Assembly (NCBI GenBank): GCA_937968015.1
Contig: CALBSO010000143.1
Coordinates: 31,346-95,345 of the forward strand
DNA: 64,000 nt
Source of the DNA: an uncultured Thermomicrobia bacterium
GTDB lineage: Bacteria; Chloroflexota; Chloroflexia; Thermomicrobiales; JALYUS01
Reading direction: 5' to 3'
How positions within the stretch are numbered: position 1 is the stretch's first letter; each line of letters begins with the position of its first letter. Positions 28,797 to 36,898 of the stretch are shown here, piece by piece. Below the pieces are notes generated by a model that was not told where the DNA came from, did not search any database, and saw only the letters and a program-made list of their open reading frames with translations. The position numbers and the translations under genes were made by a program.

Positions 28797-30329
28797 ATGA
28801 TCCGGGCGGGGATTGATGTTGGCGGTACAAATACCGACGCGGTCCTGCTCGATGGGCGGCGTTTGCTCGGCGCCGCAAAGCGCCCGACATCTGAGGATGT
28901 GACAGAAGGTATTGTCGCCGCGTTATCCGCCGCGATCGCCGACGCCGGCGTCGCGCATGCGGCAATCGGCCGCGTGATGATCGGCACCACACATTTCACG
29001 AACGCAGTTGTCCAACGACGCAACCTCTTGCGAACGGGCGTGATTCGTCTGGGGGCGCCCGCCTCACAAATCCTCCCGCCGTTCGTTGATTGGCCCGATG
29101 ATCTGCGGATTGCGGTCGGTGGCGTCGGCATCATCGTGCCGGGCGGCGTGGAGTTCGATGGGCGAGAAATATGCGCGTATGATCCCGGCTCAATACGTGA
29201 CGCTGCCTCGATCCTCAAGGCAGCGGACGTCGCAGCGGTTGTCGTCTCGGCGATATTTTCGTCAGTCTCCGATACACACGAGCGGGCGGCAGCGGTGATG
29301 GTCGCCGAGCAGATGCCTGGCATCCCGGTCGTCTGCAGTGCGGATATCGGCCGGATTGGTTTGCTGGAGCGGGAGAATGCCGCAGCGCTCAACGCTGCCT
29401 TAATTGGGCTTGCCGATCGTACGACCAGCGCGTTCACGGCGGCGCTCGCGCGTATGAATTTGCACACGGAACTCTACCTCACACAGAACGACGGCACGCT
29501 CATGAGCGCCGCGGTCGCGCGCCGATTCCCGGTTCGCACCTTTGCCTCCGGCCCAACGAACTCGATGCGTGGCGCTGCGTACTTATGCGACATCAAAGAT
29601 GCGATTGTCCTCGATATTGGCGGGACGACGACCGACGCGGGGGCGCTGATCGGCGGTTTTCCGCGTGAAGCGGGCGCATCGGTCATTGTCGGCGGCGTGC
29701 GGACAAACTTCCGCATGCCGGACATCCTGTCAATTGGTCTTGGTGGTGGCAGCGTTGTTGAGCGCGATGGCGCAGTGGTCGGGCCGTTCAGCGTCGGCAA
29801 CCGGCTGACTGAAGAAGCGCGCGTCTTCGGCGGATCGGTATTGACCGCGACTGATGTCGCCGTGACCCTCGGACGCGGCGTGCTCGGACAAGACCCACAT
29901 GTGGCCGAAGACGTAGCGGGCCGGGCGGGGGCGACGATAGATACGATGATCGCGGAGATCATTGACCGGATGAAGACGACCTCCGTGGACGTCTCTGTGA
30001 TCCTCGTTGGCGGCGGCGCCTTGCTTGTCGGCGAGGCAGCGCTGCCAGGTATGGCGTCGTTTTTGCGACCGGAACACGGCAATGTCGCGAACGCGATCGG
30101 CGCGGCGCTCGGTCAGGTCGGTGGTGAGGTTGACCGCGTCGTCTCATTTAACCAAGTTGGCCGTCAGGAGAGCATCGCGACGGCGCTGCACGAGGCGCGG
30201 CGACATGCCATGGACGCGGGCGCGACCGAGGAGAGTCTGGCGACCGTTGAGGTAGACGAGGTGCCACTTGCATATCTGCCGGGAGATGCCGTCCGCTTGC
30301 GCGTCAAAGTTGTTGGTGACCTGCCATGA
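28797..30329 (+). CDS. Hydantoinase/oxoprolinase family protein (HyuA-like, short form)
   Basis: MIRAGIDVGGTNTDAVLLDG actin-like ATPase opening and DIGGTTTDAG second phosphate motif. 510 aa. Confidence 0.75.
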   Translation: MIRAGIDVGGTNTDAVLLDGRRLLGAAKRPTSEDVTEGIVAALSAAIADAGVAHAAIGRVMIGTTHFTNAVVQRRNLLRTGVIRLGAPASQILPPFVDWPDDLRIAVGGVGIIVPGGVEFDGREICAYDPGSIRDAASILKAADVAAVVVSAIFSSVSDTHERAAAVMVAEQMPGIPVVCSADIGRIGLLERENAAALNAALIGLADRTTSAFTAALARMNLHTELYLTQNDGTLMSAAVARRFPVRTFASGPTNSMRGAAYLCDIKDAIVLDIGGTTTDAGALIGGFPREAGASVIVGGVRTNFRMPDILSIGLGGGSVVERDGAVVGPFSVGNRLTEEARVFGGSVLTATDVAVTLGRGVLGQDPHVAEDVAGRAGATIDTMIAEIIDRMKTTSVDVSVILVGGGALLVGEAALPGMASFLRPEHGNVANAIGAALGQVGGEVDRVVSFNQVGRQESIATALHEARRHAMDAGATEESLATVEVDEVPLAYLPGDAVRLRVKVVGDLP

Positions 30330-30335
30330 ACGGAC

Positions 30336-31454
30336 GTGAACGTGTTGATCGTTGACGAGCGAGCGGCGGAAGCAATCGCGCTCGGCGCGGGCATCCTCGG
30401 CACAGGCGGCGGCGGCAACCCCTATCTGGGTTTTTTGATGACTCGCGAACTGCTACGGCACGGAGCGAAGATCGCGGTTACCGGGGTGGCGGATGTACCG
30501 GACGACGCGGTTGTCTGTGGGATTGGTGCGATGGGCGCGCCGACCGTTGGCATCGAGAAGTTACCGCGTGGCGATGAGCCGCTGGCCGCGCTCCGGGCAC
30601 TGGAGCATCATACCGGATGCCGTGTCACGCATCTTATCGCCGGTGAAATTGGCGGCGCGAACGCGATGCAACCCCTCATTCAGTCCGCGTTGAGCGGACT
30701 GGCGGCGATTGATGGCGACGGTATGGGGCGGGCATTCCCAGAGCTGCAACATTGCTCATTTTCGATTGGCGGCGTGCCCTGCACGCCGGCAGCGATCGCG
30801 GATTGCCACCATAATACCGTGGTTTTCCCCGCCTTGCGCGACACAGAGACGCTTGAACGGTTCGCACGCGCCGTGACGGTGCAAATGGGCGCGCGTGCCG
30901 GATATGCGTTCCCGATCATGTCGGGTGCGGAGATGAAGCGGACCGCCGTGTCCGGCTCCTACACGCTGGCGCACGCCATTGGGCGAGCGGTGCTGACGGC
31001 GCGCGCCGCGCACACGGACCCGATCGCCGCCATCCTGGCAATAACAGAGGGTACGGTGCTCCTGCGTGGGCGGATTGTGGATGTCGAGCGGCGGCTGGTC
31101 GCCGGGTTCGCCCGCGGTCGTCTTGAGATCATGGGCACTGGCAGCGACAGGTTGCGCGAGATAGAAATTGCCTTTCAGAACGAGAATCTCGTTGCTTGGG
31201 AAGGGCCGCGTCGGCGGCGGGTGCTCGCAACGGTGCCGGATCTGATTACGCTCGTAGACGAGGAAACCGGCGACCCGGTGACGACGGAGATCACCCGCTA
31301 TGGCCTCCGGGTCGCCGTTCTCGGCATGCCGGCGCCTCAGCAACTGAAAACAGCCGAAGCATTGGCAGTTGTCGGGCCGCGAGCATTCGGCTACGACGTG
31401 CAATTTACTCCACTTCCGGGCAGATACGGTAGGGCGTGTCCTCAGTTGTGGTAA
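30336..31454 (+). CDS. DUF917 family protein (usual partner of hydantoinase-like genes)
   Basis: LGAGILGTGGGGNPYLG is the DUF917 N-terminal signature as I recall it. GTG start 6 nt after the hydantoinase stop. The last 6 codons plus stop (CPQLW*) are encoded inside the left inverted repeat described below. Confidence 0.7.
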   Translation: MNVLIVDERAAEAIALGAGILGTGGGGNPYLGFLMTRELLRHGAKIAVTGVADVPDDAVVCGIGAMGAPTVGIEKLPRGDEPLAALRALEHHTGCRVTHLIAGEIGGANAMQPLIQSALSGLAAIDGDGMGRAFPELQHCSFSIGGVPCTPAAIADCHHNTVVFPALRDTETLERFARAVTVQMGARAGYAFPIMSGAEMKRTAVSGSYTLAHAIGRAVLTARAAHTDPIAAILAITEGTVLLRGRIVDVERRLVAGFARGRLEIMGTGSDRLREIEIAFQNENLVAWEGPRRRRVLATVPDLITLVDEETGDPVTTEITRYGLRVAVLGMPAPQQLKTAEALAVVGPRAFGYDVQFTPLPGRYGRACPQLW

Positions 31455-31456
31455 GG
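31433..31456. repeat. Left copy of inverted repeat (GGCGTGTCCTCAGTTGTGGTAAGG)
   Basis: The 20-nt core 31437-31456 is the exact reverse complement of 33187-33206. The 24-nt extension has one mismatch (G/A). Confidence 0.95.
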
Positions 31457-33097
31457 GCGATTCTCCTCTGACCGCATGTCGGCGAAGGAGGGGAAGATCC
31501 GCAGGCGGAGGTCGCCGACCGTGATCGCCTGGCTGTCGGCGTTGGCCGGCGCGCTGGGGGGCGTCGCGTCGCGCAGCCGGGCGAAGAGCGCGCCGAGCGG
31601 GTTGCGATTGTCGGGGTCGAAGGGTCCATTCCCGACGCCGACTACTTGGAGTACCTGCGGCCAACTCCCCCAGGCGGCGCGACGATCCGGCTCGGGGCCG
31701 CCGGCGAAGTGGGCCAGGTAGCGCCCGAGCACGAAGACGTAGACCTTCTGCACATGGAACCGCTTCGCGGCGCGCTCGTCGAAGCGGGCCAGCAGGTCGT
31801 CGGGGCCGTGGCGCTGCACCCATTCCAGGATCGCCGAGACCTGGCGGTTGGCATGGAAGAAGTTGTCGCGCTGCCGCTGCCGCTCCTCAATCGAGCGCGC
31901 GAAGGGGTCCTGCGCCTTCAGCTCGAAGACGCCGAGCGTGCCGGTCTTGCGGTCGAAGACGAGGGCGTCGAGGTCGGTGCGCGCCTCGCCGCTCCGCTTC
32001 AGTTCGACCCGTCCTGCGCTCAGGACGAAGCGCCTGTCGCCGAAGAGGCGGTAGAGATCCTGCCGGAAGACCCCCTCGCGCAGATGGGCGCTGTTGTGAT
32101 ATTCCTGCGCGTGGCGGCGGCGCAGTTCGCGCGTGAGGAAGATAAGGGGTTCGCCGAGCAGCCCGAGCGCCGACCAGACCACCCGATTCTCGTCGAGACG
32201 GATCAGCGGCGGCGCGGCGCGGCCCGGGAGAGTGCTGTGGTAGGCGGCGTTGTCGTGATCGAGGATAAAAGGCTGGAGGGCACGCCCGATCGCCGCCGGG
32301 TCGGCGTCGAGCGCATCGGCCAGCGCCGCGATCATGGCCCGTTCGTCCCGGGGCGTGGGCGTGTGATCACCGTCGGGCGCGCGACGGTCGCGCTCGCGGT
32401 GCAGCCAGCCGATCAGCAGCGCCAGGATATCGGTGTACTGGCCGAAGGTGGCGCCGCCGATCGCCGCGTCGGCCGGGTAGCTGTGCTGGCAGGCGAAGCG
32501 GGCGACGTGGGCCTGGCCGAGCTGGCGATAATAGCGTTCGACGGTCGGGTCGCTCACGACAAATTCCTCTGTTTCGGGGATGGGAGCACCCTCCTGGCCG
32601 AGGAGCGCACGCATCCGGTGTCGTTCGACGAGGAGGGTAGCCAGGCGAGGGGCGACCTGCCGCGTCAAGTGCGTCGACCACCAGTCGAAGTCGGCCCGCT
32701 CACGCTGCTCGGTTGAGAGGCGCCGGCTCGTCGCCCAGGCGACGAAGGTACGGGGAGCGCGCTGCTGAAGTTGCAGGTGGCCCGACGCGCACTGCGCCAG
32801 CACCAGGCTGGCGAGCGCCAACTGGTCGCAGTCGGCGAGGAATCGTTCGGCCCGGGCGGCGAGCATTGCACGGTCGGCGGGAATGTCGCCGTCCTCGTCG
32901 CCTTGCCGTTCCAGGCAGAGCCGCAGGGCCAGATTCCAACCTGGTCGCGCGGCCTGCGCGGGATCGCCGGCGAGCGCCATCGTATCCCCGGCGCGCAACA
33001 GCGCGAGCAGCGCCCGCGCGCGACCCGGCGGCAGCGTGGCGGCGACCTTGGCGCTGATTTCTGCCAGCAACTGGCGGCAGCAGTCGAGCTGCGTCAT
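31442..33097 (-). CDS. Hypothetical protein (551 aa) with a C-terminal PD-(D/E)xK-like nuclease motif
   Basis: Long ORF with protein-like composition; the antisense ORFs look like GC artefacts. Residues about 335-465 fit helix(E)-strand-strand(D375/D377)-strand(E392-x-K394)-helix(Q)-strand: HLREGVF...RVELK...TDLDALVFDRKTGTLGVFELKAQ...NRQVSAILEW...VYVFVLG. Confidence 0.65.
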   Translation of the reverse strand: MTQLDCCRQLLAEISAKVAATLPPGRARALLALLRAGDTMALAGDPAQAARPGWNLALRLCLERQGDEDGDIPADRAMLAARAERFLADCDQLALASLVLAQCASGHLQLQQRAPRTFVAWATSRRLSTEQRERADFDWWSTHLTRQVAPRLATLLVERHRMRALLGQEGAPIPETEEFVVSDPTVERYYRQLGQAHVARFACQHSYPADAAIGGATFGQYTDILALLIGWLHRERDRRAPDGDHTPTPRDERAMIAALADALDADPAAIGRALQPFILDHDNAAYHSTLPGRAAPPLIRLDENRVVWSALGLLGEPLIFLTRELRRRHAQEYHNSAHLREGVFRQDLYRLFGDRRFVLSAGRVELKRSGEARTDLDALVFDRKTGTLGVFELKAQDPFARSIEERQRQRDNFFHANRQVSAILEWVQRHGPDDLLARFDERAAKRFHVQKVYVFVLGRYLAHFAGGPEPDRRAAWGSWPQVLQVVGVGNGPFDPDNRNPLGALFARLRDATPPSAPANADSQAITVGDLRLRIFPSFADMRSEENRPYHN

Positions 33098-33186
33098 CGG
33101 CCATCGCTCACAAACTATCCCTGAAAGCCGGCGCAGGTTCCAGCGGCTGCCGCACGGTGAATGGGTACCCGAACCCCTCCCGCCTA

Positions 33187-33210
33187 CCTTACCACAACTG
33201 AGGACATGCC
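33187..33210. repeat. Right copy of inverted repeat (CCTTACCACAACTGAGGACATGCC)
   Basis: Reverse complement of 31433-31456 with one mismatch. Weaker similarity (9 of 16) continues outward. Confidence 0.95.
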
Positions 33211-33241
33211 AAGCCGTGTATTGTCCACCGAGTAAGGGGTT

Positions 33242-33287
33242 TTACAATTTCTTTACATTTGCTGGTACAGATTCTTACAGCGGTACG
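33242..33287 (+). promoter_or_regulatory. Phased TTACA/GTACA direct repeats (candidate OmpR-family response-regulator boxes)
   Basis: TTTACAatttcTTTACAtttgctgGTACAgattcTTACAgcggTACGA. TACA starts at 33243, 33254, 33266, 33276 and 33284 (spacings 11, 12, 10, 8), 45-90 nt upstream of the kinase ATG. TACGAT could serve as the -10. Confidence 0.4.
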
Positions 33288-33331
33288 ATAGGCTGTGATC
33301 GCAGCCACACTGGCGATGCAGAAGGACGACG

Positions 33332-34873
33332 ATGCGCACGATCCGCGGTAAACTGAGCCTCGCATTCCTGCTAATTATCGCGGTGTGTCTGATACCCACG
33401 AGCGCCGCCGCGGCATACGTTATCCGCTATTACCAACGGCAGGATGCGATTGAACGGCTCTCATCCTTTGGTCAGACCGTTGCCGGCGCCGCCATGGCAC
33501 GGCCGTTTTCGCAACTCACGCCGACAGAAATTGTCAACCTGTTCAATGAGCAAAAGAGTGGCAATGTATTAGTCGTCTATACGGACGGACGCGGCGTTGT
33601 GCAGGCAGATAGCCAAAACAAGTACGTCGGGACTGTCTGGCCGGTGCCGGACAATCGGCCGGGGAACCGGACGCCACCGTTGCGGCCGGAATACAAAGGG
33701 AGACTGAGCGCTCCGGACGGTGCGTCGCTCGCGGTGGCAACCTATCGCGTCGAACGGAGACGACCGGCTGGCGGTACGACTCTCCCGGCAGCCACCTCAG
33801 GGGATCAGCAGGTGGCGCCATCTTTTATCATCGTCGCCGTCCCGTGGAATGCGCTCAGCGACGCGTGGTCCGTGATCGGTGGTCGGCTGAAGTGGGTTGT
33901 CATCGCCGCTCTTCTTGCCTCGGTGTTCATTGCCTTTGTGCTCTCGCGATCGCTGACCTCACGCTTGCACACGCTGACACAGGGCGCAAATGCGATGGCG
34001 AGCGGTGATTATGAGCGGGCGATGCGGCTTGCAAACGTGCGCAGGAGTAACGATGAGATCGGCGATCTCGTGAATGCGTTCCAGACGATGGCGGCGAATG
34101 TCGCACGCGCGCAGCATGCGCAGCGCGATCTGGTCGCCAACGTCTCGCATGAATTGAAGACGCCGCTCACGTCCATCCAGGGTTTTTCGCAGGCGATGAT
34201 TGACGGCACGGTGACCGACGATGCCGAGTATCAGGATCTCGCGCAGATTATCCAACAGGAATCACAACGGATGCGCCGTCTCGTTGAACAGATGCTTGAA
34301 CTGTCGCGCCTCGAATCTGGCACCGCGCGCCTGGATATCGCGCCGCTTCGGGTGAATGAATTAGTCGAGAATGTCGGCAGACGATACGCGCGGCTCGGCG
34401 AGGCGAAGGGCGTTACGGTGCGATGGGCGTCTCCGCCCAATCTCACGCTCAATGCCGATGCGGGCAGGCTCGAGCAGGTACTTGTCAATCTCCTCGATAA
34501 TGCTCTACAGTACACAGACGCTGGCGGTCTGGTGACATTCCACGCCCGAATTGCGCGCCCACATCGTGTCGAATTCGTTATTGCGGACACGGGCAGCGGT
34601 ATCCCACCCGAGGACGTACCGAGGCTTTTCGAGCGTTTTTATCAGGTAGATCGGTCACGGACGGGGCAGGGGAAGCACGTTGGCCTTGGCTTGGCGATCG
34701 TCCGCGAGATTGTTGACGGGCACCAGGGCGAGATCTCCGTGCAAAGCAGGCTCGGTGTTGGCACGACAATCACGGTCTCTATACCGAGTAACGCCGTCGT
34801 TGCGGTGCCGACAGAGGTAAACCGGCAGATTGAAACGTACGTCGCGGATTCCCGGGCAACGGTCGCGGGTTAA
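33332..34873 (+). CDS. Sensor histidine kinase (TM-sensor-TM-HAMP-HisKA-HATPase_c)
   Basis: Two hydrophobic segments, a HAMP-like linker, the H-box VSHELKTPLTSIQGF, N-box LVNLLDNALQYT, and G-boxes DTGSGI / GLGLAIV. Confidence 0.9.
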   Translation: MRTIRGKLSLAFLLIIAVCLIPTSAAAAYVIRYYQRQDAIERLSSFGQTVAGAAMARPFSQLTPTEIVNLFNEQKSGNVLVVYTDGRGVVQADSQNKYVGTVWPVPDNRPGNRTPPLRPEYKGRLSAPDGASLAVATYRVERRRPAGGTTLPAATSGDQQVAPSFIIVAVPWNALSDAWSVIGGRLKWVVIAALLASVFIAFVLSRSLTSRLHTLTQGANAMASGDYERAMRLANVRRSNDEIGDLVNAFQTMAANVARAQHAQRDLVANVSHELKTPLTSIQGFSQAMIDGTVTDDAEYQDLAQIIQQESQRMRRLVEQMLELSRLESGTARLDIAPLRVNELVENVGRRYARLGEAKGVTVRWASPPNLTLNADAGRLEQVLVNLLDNALQYTDAGGLVTFHARIARPHRVEFVIADTGSGIPPEDVPRLFERFYQVDRSRTGQGKHVGLGLAIVREIVDGHQGEISVQSRLGVGTTITVSIPSNAVVAVPTEVNRQIETYVADSRATVAG

Positions 34874-34898
34874 GGGAACGCGGGGGGATGGGGTGAGG

Positions 34899-36896
34899 AT
34901 GCGTCGTCGGCTGCTCTTCTTGCGGCGGTCACCGGTTGTCGCGTTTGTGATTTTGCTTGCGAGTGCGGTAACGGCGTGCGGCGTTCCGGGCGTTCCTTTG
35001 AAGCCGAGCGTACCGGCACCCGATCAGACGGCAAAGGTACAGCGCGGCACAATTCGGACGATCATCGGTGCGAGTGGCGTCGTTGCGCCCTTTCAGGAAG
35101 TGCTGCTGAACTTCACGTCAGGCGCGACGGTCAAGACCGTCAATGTGGTGATTGGCCAACGCGTGACCACCAATGACACGCTGGGGGCGTCCGATGCGAG
35201 CGACTTGCTCCTGACTCTCCAACAGCAGCAGGCAAACGTCGCCTCAGCGCAAGCGAAATACAATCAGACCGCTGCGGGCGCCACGCAAAAAGACATTGAT
35301 GTTGCACAGGCGAACGTGGACGCCGCACGGGCGAAATACCAGGCGACGGCGACGATCAATCCGAAAGATATCGAGGTCGCGCAGGCAAATCTCGACGCCG
35401 CGATCGCGAAGTACAATGGCGTGATCGCCGGCACTGTCACGCCACAGGACATCGCCAACGCGGAAGCGGCGGTTCGTGCGGCCCAGGCGAAACTCGATGC
35501 GCTTCGTGCCGGCCCGCTGAAAGCGGATGTCATCTCGGCGCAGAGCAAGGTGCAGCAGGCGCAGCAAAACCTTGACAAGGTGAAGTCGGATAGCGCGAAC
35601 ACGAAGGAGCAGGCACGGATCAAGTGGGAACAGTCCGCCGATGCGACGCGCGACGCGCAGCGCAAATTCGACATTGCCAACGCGACGTACCAGCAAGCGA
35701 AGTCCACAAACCTGGACCCATCCGCGTCTGGCGGCTCGTCCACTGTCGGTAAGGGCACCCCGGCGCCTGCGCAACCAACGATCACCCCATTGCGGCTCGA
35801 TACCCTCAAGCAGGCTGCGGATAGCGCTTATCTCACAGAGCAGCAAGCGGAGAAGACCCAAGAAGCGAACCGGCTCGCCTACGAGAACAGCAAGAACGCC
35901 GAGATTAATAACGTGGCGACGGCACAGCAGCAATTGAATGACGCGCAGTCGGCGCTCAGTAAGTTGCTCGCCGGGCCGACAAACGAAGACATTACGCAAT
36001 CGCAGGCGGCAGTTGATCAGGCGCAGGCGCAATTGGACAAACTAAAGCGCGGACCGACGGACTCTGATGTCGCGGCGGCTCAGGCGAGCGTGGACTCGGC
36101 GCGCGCGACTCTCAACGATCTTCTTGGTGGACCGAAAGCGACCGACCTTCAGCAGGCGCAGGCCAATGTGAATTCGGCGGTCGCCACATTGAATGATCTC
36201 ACCGCGGGGGCCAAACCGACCGACCTTGAGACCGCACTCGCGGCACTCGATCAGGCGAAGGCACAGCGTGACCTGGCGCAATTGAAGGTGGATCAGGCGA
36301 CGATCCGCGCGCCCTTCCCGGGTATCATCACGCAGGTGAATGTCGTTCCCGGACAAGTCGCCAGTGGTGGTACGACGGCCACGAATCCACCCGCGTTCGA
36401 CCTCGTGGACGACTCGCAATTGCACATTGATGTCAATGTTTCCGAGAGCGATGCGGCAAGCGTGCAAGTTGGTCAGCAGGCGCTTATTTCGCTCGATTCC
36501 GTACCGGGGCAACCCCTCCCCGGTAGCGTTGAGCGTGTCTCGCCTGTCGCCACGACCACGCAAAATGTGACCGCGTTTCCTGTCCGCATTGCGATTGCGC
36601 CGACGCAGGCGCCAGTCAAGCCGGGTGCGAACGCGACGGTGCAAATCGTCACGGCGGTTCGTACGAATGTCCTCACGATTCCCTCCCGCGCGGTCACCCA
36701 AGTGAACGGCCAGCCAGGGGCAACGGTCTTATACAATGGCTCGACATTTCTTGTGCCAATCCGCACGGGCCTCACGGACGGACGAAACACCGAAGTGATT
36801 AGCGGCCTCAACGATGGCGATGTTGTCGTTCTCCCCAAGGTCGGTACCGGAGGTGTAGCCGCGCCACCGGGCGGCGGCGTGCGGCTAGGAGGGTAA
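34899..36896 (+). CDS. HlyD/MacA-family periplasmic adaptor lipoprotein with a greatly extended alpha-hairpin
   Basis: Signal peptide with lipobox VTAC. The lipoyl half-motifs are separated by about 365 aa of Ala/Gln-rich helical repeats. C-terminal beta-barrel and MP domains (IRAPFPGIITQVNV..., VQIVT...VLTIPSRAV). Confidence 0.85.
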   Translation: MRRRLLFLRRSPVVAFVILLASAVTACGVPGVPLKPSVPAPDQTAKVQRGTIRTIIGASGVVAPFQEVLLNFTSGATVKTVNVVIGQRVTTNDTLGASDASDLLLTLQQQQANVASAQAKYNQTAAGATQKDIDVAQANVDAARAKYQATATINPKDIEVAQANLDAAIAKYNGVIAGTVTPQDIANAEAAVRAAQAKLDALRAGPLKADVISAQSKVQQAQQNLDKVKSDSANTKEQARIKWEQSADATRDAQRKFDIANATYQQAKSTNLDPSASGGSSTVGKGTPAPAQPTITPLRLDTLKQAADSAYLTEQQAEKTQEANRLAYENSKNAEINNVATAQQQLNDAQSALSKLLAGPTNEDITQSQAAVDQAQAQLDKLKRGPTDSDVAAAQASVDSARATLNDLLGGPKATDLQQAQANVNSAVATLNDLTAGAKPTDLETALAALDQAKAQRDLAQLKVDQATIRAPFPGIITQVNVVPGQVASGGTTATNPPAFDLVDDSQLHIDVNVSESDAASVQVGQQALISLDSVPGQPLPGSVERVSPVATTTQNVTAFPVRIAIAPTQAPVKPGANATVQIVTAVRTNVLTIPSRAVTQVNGQPGATVLYNGSTFLVPIRTGLTDGRNTEVISGLNDGDVVVLPKVGTGGVAAPPGGGVRLGG

Positions 36897-36898
36897 GG

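Larger units (their letters stand above)
31433..33210 (-). mobile_element. Candidate IS-like or invertible cassette: 24-bp terminal inverted repeats enclosing one 551-aa ORF
   Basis: The IRs bracket 1,778 bp holding a single ORF. Its stop codon lies in one IR and its start is 89 nt from the other. GC looks higher than the flanks. No target-site duplication found and no recognisable transposase family. Confidence 0.35.

Noticed and set aside
30756-32716. Long alternative-frame ORFs 31646-32716 (+, 356 aa) and 30756-31823 (-, 355 aa).
   Set aside because: Their composition (runs of R/G/A/P/V/E) is typical of off-frame or antisense translation in very GC-rich DNA. They overlap the DUF917 gene and the 551-aa ORF, both of which have better composition.
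7226-33097. HelY-like helicase plus the PD-(D/E)xK-motif protein as a Hachiman-like (nuclease + helicase) defence pair.
   Set aside because: The two genes are 21 kb apart in different operons. The helicase is in a housekeeping context (lysA-recN-helY) and has HelY-type architecture.
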